A stretch of 64,000 nt of DNA, taken from contig OZ287069.1 of assembly GCA_965645245.1 (NCBI GenBank), forward strand, positions 2,108,001 through 2,172,000, written 5' to 3'. Made by a program: the position numbers and the translations under genes. Below the pieces are notes generated by a model, which saw nothing but the letters and a program-made list of their open reading frames with translations, made no database searches and was not told where the DNA came from. Positions 11,061 to 23,112 of this stretch are shown in pieces. Numbering within the stretch: position 1 is the first letter of the stretch; each line of letters opens with the position of its first letter. The stretch is from Massalongia carnosa (taxonomy: Eukaryota).

Positions 11061-14000
11061 CTATTCGCACATCTCGTCGTCTTCACCTGCTGTAGACGCC
11101 ATCGATGACGGAAGGTTCATTTTCTCTACGAAACTAGCATCAATCTCTAACCGATCGACCAACCTGCAGGGAGTAAGCGACTATTCGAGAAACAGACTTC
11201 ATGTAGCAAGCCTACCTCTTTGCTTCACTTAGCATATCCTCATTCATGTCATCTAGCTGCCTGACTTGCTCTTGCAATCCAGCCATCTGCCATCATCAGC
11301 TTCACCGAGTCCAGGGTTAAACTTCATAATGTAGGAAGGAAACTTACATCCCCCTCAATGCGAGATCCTAACTCGTCATTATCCCCTGCGCTGCCGTCTT
11401 CTTGTTGACGGTCATGATCTGCGACTGCCCAGCGGCTTGAGCGTAGGCCGGATTTGGGCGCGGGACTTGCCACATACGAGCTACCGTTCGGTCGTTCGGT
11501 TTGCAGCTCCACAAGTTCGGCGGTGGTAACTTTTAAGGCGGACTCAATCTCTCGAACCCTTGTGGCATGTTTCTCCGAAAGAGCCCGAGCTTCTCGTAGT
11601 TGCTCCTCTAGCTTGGCATTTAGTTTACGTTCTGCTTCAGCAGCTATCTGCAAAGCTTCAAGCTCCTGCTTTGCTCCAGTCGAATCTTCCGTTTGGGTTG
11701 CTAAACTTGCAAGCTTGAGCTTCTCAATCTCGGTATGTGCAGCTATCACCTCCTCCGCAGCCTTCTGGTAGTCATTTATGTAGCGCTCTACTGCTTGACG
11801 CGCGGCTGAGAGCTCATGATTTGCCTCCTGCACTTGGGTAGTTGAAACCTGCATGGCGCTCTGATGCTCCTGGAGTTGGTCATTTACCTCCAACAGTTCA
11901 AGCCTCATTCGTTCCGACTCGGCAACAAGCCGATCCCTGACCTCCGCACCTTGTTTCCTTTCTTTCTCGCGTCTCTCGCTTTCGAGACTCATGGTCTCAT
12001 GAATTTTGGACATCTCGGCTTCATGTTTCCTTATCAGCTCCGACATCTCTTGTCGCAGGCAGTCGAGCTCAGCAGTGTTGATCATGGCTATGCTCGCCTC
12101 CTCAGCTATAGCTACAAGCCTTGTGACCTCATCCTTGGCCTGAGATGCATCAGATTGGACGCTTCCAAGCTGGATCTGGAGCGCCTCGATTTTCTGTTCG
12201 GCTTCCTCTAGCTCGGGGTTGGGCTGATGTTCTTTTGTTTGCCTGGCCTCTTCTAACTGTTTCTCCATATCAGCCACAAGGGTTTGGTGATGTTGCAGCT
12301 GTAAATGGAGGTCTGATAAGACTGCTTCGTGCGCATTCTGCGCCGTCAAGGACCTTTCAGTCTCTGCATCCTCTAGCTCCTTCCGCAAAGAGATATATCG
12401 TTTCTCGTGTTGCTGTTGTAATTCATCAATGTCCCGCTGGAACTTTTTCTCGGCTTTAGAGGCCTCATCGGTATGGCTGGTTGTGATGCTCAGTATATCC
12501 TGGGATCGGCGCCGTTCAGTCTGACATTTTAGCTCGTCAATGTCCTTCAAATGAATTATCCTCAGCTCTTCGAGTTGCTCTACGTGCTTTTTAATAGCCT
12601 CTTCATGGTTAGCCTTCACCCTCTCCAAAGCTAGCGGATGTTCCTTTTCAGCTTCCTGCCAGCTAGCCAGTAGCTTGCTGTAGTCATTTTGTAAGACTTC
12701 ATTGACCCGTGCATTTCCTTCCTTGAACTCTTCCATCTCTTTGTCGTAACTGTCTCGTACCTTCTGCAGTTCTTTAGCCTGCGTCTCGAAAGCTGAGGCT
12801 GCCTCAACGCTCTTATGTTCTAGTAGCTGAGCGGTGGCATCCAGCTTGTCCGTCAAATCCTTGATAGTTGCTGCGTGCTGCTCATCTTTGGTACAACTTT
12901 CATTGCCGATGGTATCTAGGCTCCTCTTCAGGCTCAGGACTTCGCTCGAAGATTGCTCAAATGCCTCGTGAATCGATTGTTTTGCCCTTTCAACTTCTTC
13001 CTTTTCTGATTCAAGTACCCTGAGTTTCTTGTTGAGAGTCTCGATGGTCACACAGGCTGCTGTGCTTGCAAGCTTTGATTCTTCTAGCGCCCTTTCAGAC
13101 TGTTCTAACGAGCGCCCGAGCTCGCTGACAGTTTTCTCAAGCCTGCACTCACATGTTTTGAGGTCTTCATTAAGATGCCGCAACTCTCGTTCATGATTGA
13201 CTACCGCAGTTTCAGTGTCCTCGTGATGTTTTCGATGTAGATCTAAAATCATCTTCTCGTGCTCTTGAATCAAATCGACTTTGGTTTCGTCGATTTCCCG
13301 TTCTTTCATCTCATGAAGTTGCTGCATTTGTGTCTGGAAGTCTTCTATAACCTTACTCAAATGAGTGATTTCACGGCCCTTGGCTTCAAGGTTCTCTTCT
13401 TGCAGACCTTTGTCTAGTTCTTGATCTGATTCAAGATTGTGAATTTTTTCACGAAGAGTGACGAGCTCAGAGGCCAAAGCCAGCATCTGGGCCTGTGAAG
13501 CAGACTCCGCCTCCTCAAGCTTGCGAGTATGAGTAGCCTGCAATTCCTCAATCTCTACTTGAAGAGTCGAAATTATTTGATCCTTCCCGATCATAAGCTG
13601 GTTCTTTTCTTGTAGGAAATCCGCTTGTTGTTGATCAAGCTTGAATTCGTTATTGTTGAGTTTTCGCTGCGTTATAATAAGCTCCTCTTGAAGGTTAGAC
13701 ATTTCGGCCATCAATCTTTGTACTTTAATAGCTTCTTCACGTCCACTAGTTTTCTCGTTGGCTAGCTGTCGCTCCAAGGCTTCGTACTTTGATGAATGCT
13801 TTTGCACCTCTGACTCTAGCAAGCTCGCGGCTTCTTTGGCACGTTTCATAGTAGCTTTATGATTTGATTCGTCTAGATCCTTGAGAAGTTGTGTAGCGCT
13901 ATCTTTGTGTCGGTCTTCTACCTCCTGGAGCAAGCTATGTGCAGCTGTTAGTTCATTCTGATGGCTGGTTCTGAGCTCCTCGATCTCCGAGTTGTGCTTA

Positions 14001-15452
14001 TTGTTACACCTTTCCGCATGTTCTTCGTGACGTTCTAAGAGTCAATATTTAGTCTCACTTCCATGCCGAGCTATAAAATCGGCCATTGAAGGATGTGGGA
14101 CTTACGAAGGACTTCAAGAGTTTCGGTATTCGTTAAGAGAGCATCCTGTGGAGGTATTGAGCGGTGCAAGATACTTGATTGCAAGGCCGAAAGCGCTGCA
14201 TTCAATTTTGCAATCTGCCATTCCGTTATTAGCCAATGAGAACCATGAAACAGCAAAAAACCCAAAGAACTCTAACCTTGCTCTGGCTTTCGAGAAAGCT
14301 AGCCTCGGGATCCTCAACAGCTTTGGAAAGTTCACTGGTCTCTTCTTTACTACCGCCTGCCTCTGCCGCTCTATCGGAGCCGTCATTCTTGGTTACTGCA
14401 CCGTCTAGCCCCTCGCTCCTTCGAGCCTCCTCTAGCTTCGTCCTGAGAGATGCCAGAGATTCGTCTACCTTCCTACCGTATTCCTCTTTCACTTCATCGT
14501 CCTCACCTCCATCCTCGGCCATGGCTATGTGTAGCATCCGATGAACAAGTTCCATCTCCCGTAGTCTCTGCTCTATTGTAACAGACATGGTGGACTTTCG
14601 AGTACCCAGGCCAGGCCTTGCAGATTTTAGAGGAGTAGGAGGTGACAGCAACTGTTCTGAGGGAGCAGACTCAGCTTGCTGTACAGCTGGTGAAGCAGGG
14701 ATGGTGCTGAGTCTTTTCTTCTGACCGTCGGTTTTATTTAGCCCAGTCGTAGTCCGGGTTGAAGATGCTACAGGTCGATTGCTTTGAGAACTTGTTAGTG
14801 CATTGCCAGGACGGGAATTATTGGTTGTAGATTTTAAATATGTCTTTATAGGACTGCTGTTGTTCTGACTTAAAGTAGACTTCTTATCCATGTTATTCAA
14901 TGAAGGCAATGGAGCCTTTCGTGTTGTTGATGGCCATTCCGAAATAGATTTCCTGCTCTCTACTGTGGACAGGCGGCTGTTGGTTTGGTTGGTTGATGGC
15001 TTTTTGTTTTCCTCTGAGGCGCTTGTATCACCTTTATTGTAGGTATCAGCAGAGCTCACAGACGCTCTCTTCTTGTAACCTGGACTTGCAGCTGTGGCGG
15101 CTGTGACTCCAAAGGCAGGACGACGTGCGGTGGATGATGGTAAGGGGCGCGTTGGTGGTTTGCTGAGCCCAGAGCTAGGAGCAGTATGTGAGGTGGACGA
15201 AGGGTTGGATCTCGAAGATGCCGCTGGTGTTGCTGCTGGCCTTCGTTTGACTATCGTTGAAAGACGTTTTGGCGCCACCGCGTTCTTATTTTGGGAGGCC
15301 TGCAGGGAGCTATCTTGTGGTGGGGTAACGCTTGATCTGAGTACTGTTTGCTGGGCTACCAGCTCTTTCTTATTATCTACACTTGGTGAGGTTTCCCCAG
15401 CCTCAACCTGTGAAAGTAACTCAACCGCGGGAGTTTGACGATCAGAAGCCAT
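11061..15452 (-). CDS. Large coiled-coil protein (~1381 aa) with basic Ser/Thr/Pro-rich N-terminus
   Basis: Five-exon model: 15452-14277, 14214-14106, 14034-11348, 11286-11216, 11163-11061. All introns are GT-AG and the 4146 nt total is in frame. It contains a long E/K/Q/L-rich heptad region. Confidence 0.8.
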
Positions 15453-16345
15453 GATGTTGAATACGTAGAAGGTATTGTCGTGGATCGCAGGTTTCGTGCT
15501 CCTGATGGGAGTCAGCTAGCTTGTTCTCTTGAGTCAACGCACAAAGAAAGGAGCTAGCTGGAGGCCTACTAGAAGAGTTGACGCTTGGCCCTAAAGCCGT
15601 GAACAGGGGATAGGTTGAGCTGGGGATAATAAGGCAGTAAAATGCTTGTTATTATAACGTGAACCAAGCATGCATAATTGACAGTGAGCACCGAAGGAAG
15701 TTTTGGAAGATCAAGTTGAGTCAACGTATATAGAAGGTACGAAGTAGACGGGTCCCATAATTATGCTTTGGGAACGTCCGTAAAGTATACTCCATGGGAG
15801 CCCAAGAGGTACATGTACCTAACCCAAGGGAAATAAACGCCCAAAGCTACAGAAGCGATTGTAAGGAGCAACTAATGGTTTGATCAAGCGATGAGCCGAA
15901 GATTAGTAAATGAACTGAATTCATCATTGGATACCTCAACTGAAGGTAGATTGTCTTAACGAAGATATTCGACGCTCAATTCGAGCTTTCGTCGCGTCTG
16001 CGGGTCAACTCTTCGTTTTCACAACCCTTTGTGTCTTTAGTTTCCGCTTAAGCGAGAGCTAGCCGACAAGCCTATCCCTCTTTGGTACCCCTGGTACTTA
16101 AGTGGAGTTTTACACGTGCTTAGCCCTGTGCGGGTGTGATCATGCAACACCTGCTTGCCCCGTGCCAGGTTCGGAGTCGAAAGTTCCTAGAGGCTTTGTA
16201 TGAGGTTTCTGTCAATGAAAGTGTCGGCAGCACTCTGGAAAAATTCTAATGCTAGTACTCAAATAGGCCTCAATAGGGTATCCGAATGACATTCACAGCT
16301 ATCAAAATCTAAATGTGGTATGTATCGTGTGTGCTATCCAAAACA

Positions 16346-18362
16346 CTATTCAATATTCTGCACAAAATGTCGAGGACCCCACAGAAATTCCATGGTGTCC
16401 CTAAAATACAGCGCTCTCTCCCTGATATGTTCTGGGAGTTTGTTCTGTAAAAGGGGGTGGTTCAGGATCGCTAGGTAACGGTCCTCGGCTGGTTCTATAT
16501 CAGATAACGACGTATCGGATAACCTTATCATACATACACATACCTGGTAAAGTCCTAGTGTCTTTATTTTGGAGCTGGACTAACAACTGTAAATCCTCTT
16601 GACGGGTCCAAGGATTAGCCTCGGAGGATGAATGGGTTGGCTGTGTTTGTTGAGTTTGGGTCGGAACTTGACTGCTGATACGACCATGCGGAGTCGAATC
16701 AAAACATTCCTCATGCCTGTGACGAAGATCTTGGTCCAACCTGTGGCAATTTTCTCGTCGTTTCCTTACGTTCTCAGCCTCTTTTTCTCGCCTCTCCTCA
16801 GCTCGTTTCGCGTGGCTTCTGATTAAGTCTGACTGGATTCGACTTTCCCTTTCGTTCCTCCGCCGTTCTTCAAGCTCATTGAAGAACGCCTTCCTCATGT
16901 TTCGTAGGTTGGGAGATATCTTTTGAGTTGTCGCTTTCATGACTGGCGTGGTACTGTTGGGCCTCGGCTTCCATTGGGAGGCTTTTTTACACAACATTAG
17001 AATCGTGTCCATGATGTTTATAATACATACAATAGCACTGGTATCATCTGGCCTTGAGTATTCATCGGTCTCACACAGAAGACCGGAGCATAGCACTTCC
17101 ACAAGGCTTGGGATACCATAAGCATAAATATCCTTGATGACCTCCGACCTTTTTGTGCCGGTTTGAGCTTCATCAAGATCCTCTACGTCCTTCTCAATCA
17201 TTCTCAGTTCTTCAGCTATTAGCTTCTCTAGGTCCTCAATTTGCTCGTGTTGCACCTCTTGCTTCGCCAGGCGTAGACGTGTGAAGTATTTCCGTGCTTT
17301 CCGGGCTCTTTGTACCCAAGTCTTAACAGTCTTCGTCTTTAGGGGGAGCAAGATTTGCTTCCTATCTTCCCCTGATTCGGAAACGCCTACAGATCGCAAT
17401 CCTTCAAGGACGACACCCCAATTCCTCTCTTTTCCAAATAACTCAATGTAGGGACCTTTGGTTTGAAATTCTTTCAAAATCGTAACCGATTTTGGTGCAT
17501 TGCCTTCCTCGCATGGATCACTCGCATGAAGTTCTTGCTCCTGAACACTATCGTCCACAGGGTTTCCACCTCCTATAGGATTCCCATAATCTGAATCTAC
17601 GTCAGCTACTTCAGCATCAACATTTGTGTCTTCTGGTGTTTTGTCACCCGAATCTAGTTCAGGAACGACTGTTGAATTGGCACCTCTAGGTAATTGTGAA
17701 TGATGCTTGAGACGCCTCAAACGACAAGGAGATTGTGTTGGCTCCACGCTATTCTTATCCGCTGTAAGATGAGCTTGTGGTAATGATGAGTATGGTTTTT
17801 TAGTCTTGGAAGATTTAAGGCAAGTATTTCTCAGCGCAACACGCGCTGCGGCAGTTTTAGTGTGGTGGCTTTCACCTTCATCCTCCGTGTTCTCGTGTGT
17901 AGCCATGCTGTGAGAAGGAGCTTCGGGTATAGAATAGATGTCATCATCAAGGGAGTTTTCCCGGTGGACTCGAGTTCGGTCTTGACGAAGCTTTTGAGGT
18001 CTGGTTAACTTCCCGGGCTTATCACCAGCATCCGCTTGCGCTGAGCCGGCTTGTTGAACAACAGTAGAAGGTTGAAATTCAGTGGTTTGTCGTCTCTTTG
18101 ACAATGCCTCCGCGCTTTCGTGTTGTTCACGCTTTCTCTTAGCAATAGGTTTTGTAGAAATTGATTGCGATGGGGCATATCGAAGTTTGTTTGGCGAACG
18201 AGCATTGGCCACGCCTTTCAAGGCAAAATCGTTGAGTAATTTGCATTGCTCTTCGGCAGCCTTGCGCTCCCGCTCACGATCACTCACGGGGGATTCTTCT
18301 GTAAGCTTGGAATGCGATTCTCCCTGTAGTTGCTCAGCCGCGAGCTGATCGTCTGAAAACAT
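16346..18362 (-). CDS. Hypothetical nuclear protein with C-terminal Myb/SANT-like motif
   Basis: A 620-aa ORF splices via a GTATGT intron near 16543 into the 16346 ORF, giving NPWTRQEDLQLLVQLQ..RYLAILNHPLLQNKLPEHIRERA. The basic cluster KRKRE resembles an NLS. The 5' end is uncertain. Confidence 0.65.
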
Positions 18363-18554
18363 AACAGCCTTTCGAGTTCTTAACGAGCGATAAGGAAAAC
18401 TTAGGTATCTATGATGCAGGTTTACGGCTTAAGGAACGCGCCTTATCTTTATGAAGGATGATGATCTACTTTTTAGTATCGCTGGCTGGTACTGAAGGTG
18501 TATTATTCCAGCGCCTAAAGTTTCCACATGGAATAACTATTAGTTAAGCAACTA

Positions 18555-20723
18555 GAAGATTTCCCGAGGAAATGCCGCGCCCGGCGAAATGCCGCACTTT
18601 ACAATTCGGCATTAGAATATTGTTTTCGTCGTTGATCAACAACTACAACGATTAATGGAATGTGTATTAAATATAGTATAAATAGAAAGTATATACACGA
18701 TATCCGACCTTAAAAACCTTACATAGCAAAACGCCCTGGGCGCTGGACCCTTCTTCCAGTCGAGGTAGTTAAAACCACCTCCTCTACCTCTTTAGCGATA
18801 ATAACACGAGTAGGCGGCTTTACCTTCTTCTTTCGAGTCTTTTGAACTTTATTAGACCCTGTATACTGCTTCTGCTGCCCGAGCTGTCCCTTAGGATATC
18901 TGTTTGCTGTTTTACGTAACTCCTTCTGAGCCTGCTTCTTAGCGGCCTTTGCTACCTTTGCTTCTGCAGTCAATCGCCGCTTCTCTAGAGCGATTGCTAC
19001 CTTTTCTAGCTTCTCCTCTTCTTTCTGTAACCTTTTAGCAGTAGCTTGTCGTCGCTTCTCGCTAATATCTAGCTGGCGTTGTGCTTCTTCTTCCTCTTTT
19101 GCTGCTTGAAATTCCCTGGCAGCCTGTACTCGCCTAGGACTAAAGAATTGAGGGCCTGAGTCCTCTTCCCCAACTAAATTAAGCCGTTTACCTCTCTTCC
19201 TCCTCTTCTTTTCGTCCTGAAGGGTATTGCAGAGCCCTTTGATCACGTATTTGTTGATAGAGTCCTGGGCAGCAAGGCGTTCGTTAGCCCGGAAGATCTT
19301 TGCTAGTAATAAATTTGTAGGCGCAATATCGTACGCTCGCTGCGTACGGCGAATAGCACGGCTTGTCATTGGTGTTTTTGGCGACTGAGAAGGAGCCTCG
19401 ATTATCTGTGGTGTGATAACATTTAGTATAAGGCTCGGATTGTAAGGCCAAATACCGGTTTTTTCGAAGGCAGAAGTAATTTTTTCCTCCGAAAATGCCT
19501 GCTGCCATGCAGGGAAGAAAACGCTCCAAAAGGCTCTTTTTGACATGTTTATCATGCCTAGACTCTCGAACATTAGTCTATTCAGCCCATTGGTATAGAA
19601 CGTTGCTAACGGCGCGAATAGAGAAACGTCCAGAGGCTGTAAACGATGCGTAGAGTGCGAAGGTAGAATCAGGAGAAGAATACGTAAGTTATCGCATTTA
19701 TCGATAAACTTAAGATTCACGTGGCTAGAATGACCGTCTACTATCAGTAAACGTCTTCTATTTCTAGCCTTTTGCTTCGTATAACGCTGAAAAACCTGCT
19801 CTAGCCAATTTAGGCCAAGGATATCACAACTCCATCCTTTCGCCGATACTGCAAAGAACGCCTCGTCATTAGGATTTACATCCTCAACCCATGTATCCTG
19901 GAGTATGCCAGAGTCGCCTTTATAGATCAAGGCAGGAGGTAAAGCGGTTCCGTCGGCCCCGATACAAGCAAGGAGGCTGATAAACTCCCTATTCCCGTCC
20001 TGGCTTGCATGTGTGATCCGCCCTGATTCAAGGGCCTCTAGCGACATGATACGTTGCGTGGCGCTTGCTTGGCCAATCACAAAGCCCTTTTCGTCCCAAT
20101 TGTAAAGGTTTTCCCTCGTGATATTGTATTTTTCGACACCGGCGATTAGCTAATAGAAACATTAGTTATTTTCGATCATAATTAATATTCAACAAATAGG
20201 AATGGGTAGTTAACACGCTACCAAATCGTAGAATTGCTTAAATAAAGGCGGATACTCAGATTTTATACGCTGGCTATCCATATTTCGAAGATAAAGACTT
20301 TTAAGCCTATCCTTGTATCGGCGGACAAAATCCCCTGTCCAGTTCTTCCCTACAGGCCCTCCTATCACCTCCTCCGCTAGGTTTCGTACAATTCTGGCGG
20401 TTGGGGGCAGTCCACGATCGACAAGGCGATTGATTTGCTGAATTAAGGCCTCTTCCTGGGCCAAGGTAAGTCGTTGCTTGTATTTTGACGCGGCTGCCTT
20501 TTGGGACACCGTTTGGCCTTTCCAGCGCCTCCGGAGGGTACTTTCGACTAGGCTAAACCTTTTAGCTGTCCCCCTGAGGTTAGGCTGATCTTGCTGATTC
20601 AGATCAGCAATTGCGAGCTCGATACGAGCGTTGAGGGTGGATTTATTCATGTCTGAAAGTAATGGTTGGAAAGTGAGAAGATGCGGCATTTCGTCGGGTG
20701 CGGCATTTCCTCGGGAAATCTTC
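18555..20723 (-). mobile_element. Tc1/mariner superfamily, Fot1/pogo-like DNA transposon, apparently intact (2169 bp)
   Basis: 42-bp TIRs GAAGATTTCCCGAGGAAATGCCGC(G/A)CCCG(G/A)CGAAATGCCGCA with 2 mismatches. TA flanks both sides (18553-54 and 20724-25). Internal transposase gene. Confidence 0.95.
18719..20650 (-). CDS. Fot1/pogo-type DD35D transposase (~619 aa)
   Basis: Exons 20650-20222 and 20149-18719, with a 72-nt intron GTAGCG..CTAAT..TTAG. HTH-psq/CENP-B-like N-terminus. Catalytic YNWDEKGF, IVDGHSSH and LQPLDVS, with 35 residues between the second and third Asp. Confidence 0.92.
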
Positions 20724-20908
20724 TATAGCCGAAGTTGGCCCTTTTCTTGCTTTTGAACTCTCGCTTCTATATTTAATCCAACCAAGATAAGAAAATCTCG
20801 CAATCTGCAACCAGCAACCAGCAATAAGTATCTAAAAAGAACATTCTTGCACATCACAAGAGACCCGTTGAGACCTGATAACTCCAACTTCCTGTCTTCC
20901 AGTCGATA

Positions 20909-22592
20909 ATGGCGGTCATTGCAACGGACACTAGGCTGACCGTTCTGAATCCTTCCAAGCCTCATATGTTTGCTGTTCCAATTAAAAAAATCAACGAAGC
21001 TCATGACGTATCAAGTTTTCTGACCACTAGAGCCCACCATGATATTCTAACCTTCCTAATGCAGTTGAACGCTGCCATGTTCCCACGTTATGTGCAAGAC
21101 TCTCATGGTCACTCCACTAGATTACAGACCTGGGACCTTGATATCCCCCTCAATTCTTTTTCAAGCACTGTGAATAGGTTGCATAATCTGCTGAACGATC
21201 TAGACAAAATAATCGAGGAGGTGCCACCAGATCCTGGACCTCGCCGATTTGGAAACGTGAGCTTTAGGAAATGGTTTGATATTGTTTCGGATCAAGCTCC
21301 GGCCCTTTTGCAATTTCACCTTCCCCGGGAGCTTCTCTCTAAACACAGTACGTCGGAAGTGGGTGCTAGAAGTGAGCTTGAATCGTATCTTCTAGGAAGT
21401 TTCGGAAGTTCTCAAAGGCTAGATTATGGCACTGGACATGAGTTAAGCTTCCTGGCCTTTTTAGGTAGTATATGGAAGTTAGGCGGGTTTGAGAGTACTG
21501 CTTCTGGCGAAGAGGAGAGAGGTATTGTGCTTGGTATCATTGAGCCGTACGTATAGTAGAGTGGAGTGTATGTTACTCTTGTCAAAAGCCTCACTAATGA
21601 CCATTAACAACCTAGATACCTACGCCTCGTGCGAAGACTGATAAATATATACACCTTGGAGCCCGCTGGGTCTCATGGTGTGTGGGGTTTAGATGACCAT
21701 TCTTTTCTTCCTTACGTTTTTGGTAGTGCACAATATTCTCCCGTCATCTCCAGTCCTAATGAACTTCCATCGGAAGGCTCTCTTCCAAATGCTCCCAACC
21801 CAGCCGACGTGGTAAAACCATCAATCGTTCAAAGGGAGCGAACAAAGAACATGTACTTTGGAGCTGTCGGGTTTATTTATGACGTTAAAAAAGGCCCCTT
21901 TTGGGAGCACTCACCAATGCTTTTTGATATTTCGGGAGTACCGGCCGGCTGGGCGAAGATTAACAAGGTATTGTCACCTTATAGTTCAATATACGGTGCA
22001 TATTATTGAGTCGAGACAGGGAATGATCAAAATGTATAATGCCGAAGTACTATCCAAGTTTCCTGTAGTTCAGCATTTTCGGTTTGGCTCCCTCTTCAGC
22101 TGGGATCAACAACCTTCCCCCGCCCAACAACCATTCATTCATTCCAATATCTCGTTAGATCATCCTATAAAAGAGAACAACACTATATTTTCCCCAAGCC
22201 GAGCTTCAACCCCCGGGGAATCCCAAGAATCCGGCCACGCTGCTACGCCACCGGGCTCATCCCATACCCTCGGCAAAACTTCTGTCCGAAGCCATCCCAA
22301 AGAAACCAGCCGTGCCGCAGCCTCCTCATCAACCAATTCCCATCATTCTCCACCCATCACCAAATCCTCCCATGAAACCAGCAAAGTCTCCATCCCAGGC
22401 CTTCCGCTGCACGAAATCGCTAAACCCTCACCTCATCAGCAACCAGCCTATTCTCAAGAAGTCAGCAAAGCCCCCTGGGCAACACAACTTCCCGCAATTC
22501 CCGTCCCGAGCCTGGATACCACCGCCCCCTGGGCGCATCAGCCGGCTGCCGAGATTGGCGCTCCGCCATCATCGTCAGCAGGCGCATCGTAG
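20909..22592 (+). CDS. RRD1: Serine/threonine-protein phosphatase 2A activator (PTPA), Rrd1/Ypa1 type
   Basis: Three exons. Motifs: [81 protein letters not shown]. Confidence 0.92.
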
Positions 22593-23112
22593 CCGGGGCA
22601 CGAAGACCACAGACTAGAGGGACCTATGCCGCCGCCAGGACGGTGAGTTTAGGGAGAATAAGGTTATTCGAGTTTTCTCCCTAGACATGTGCACCTAAAC
22701 AGGGGCCAGAATATATTAAACTCCAATCAAGTTGCGTGGCTTTGATTTTTAGTGCTGTTGGCGTGACTTTAGTCTCAAGCTCGCTGCTTAACCCCTGCTG
22801 TTCGGAATAAAGTAGGATATATCATCCCAATAGCTATCGTTCCCCCGTCCACACCTTAAAGGAGATATGAAAACTGAGGAGCGTCTGCTGGAGCAAGGAC
22901 ATGGAGCAACATTTGGGAAACGGTCTGGGTGGAAGGAGGTCTTCAAGATGATATGGAGGCCTGATGTTTTGGATAGAATATTTACACACAAATTTGGGCC
23001 AAACAGTAAGGAAAAACAGTGGGTATACCAAAAGCCTGAACCCCCGAGCAAATCCAGCCGCCTATTGACATACATTAATACATACACCAACCACATTCTC
23101 TCGTGGCTCACC

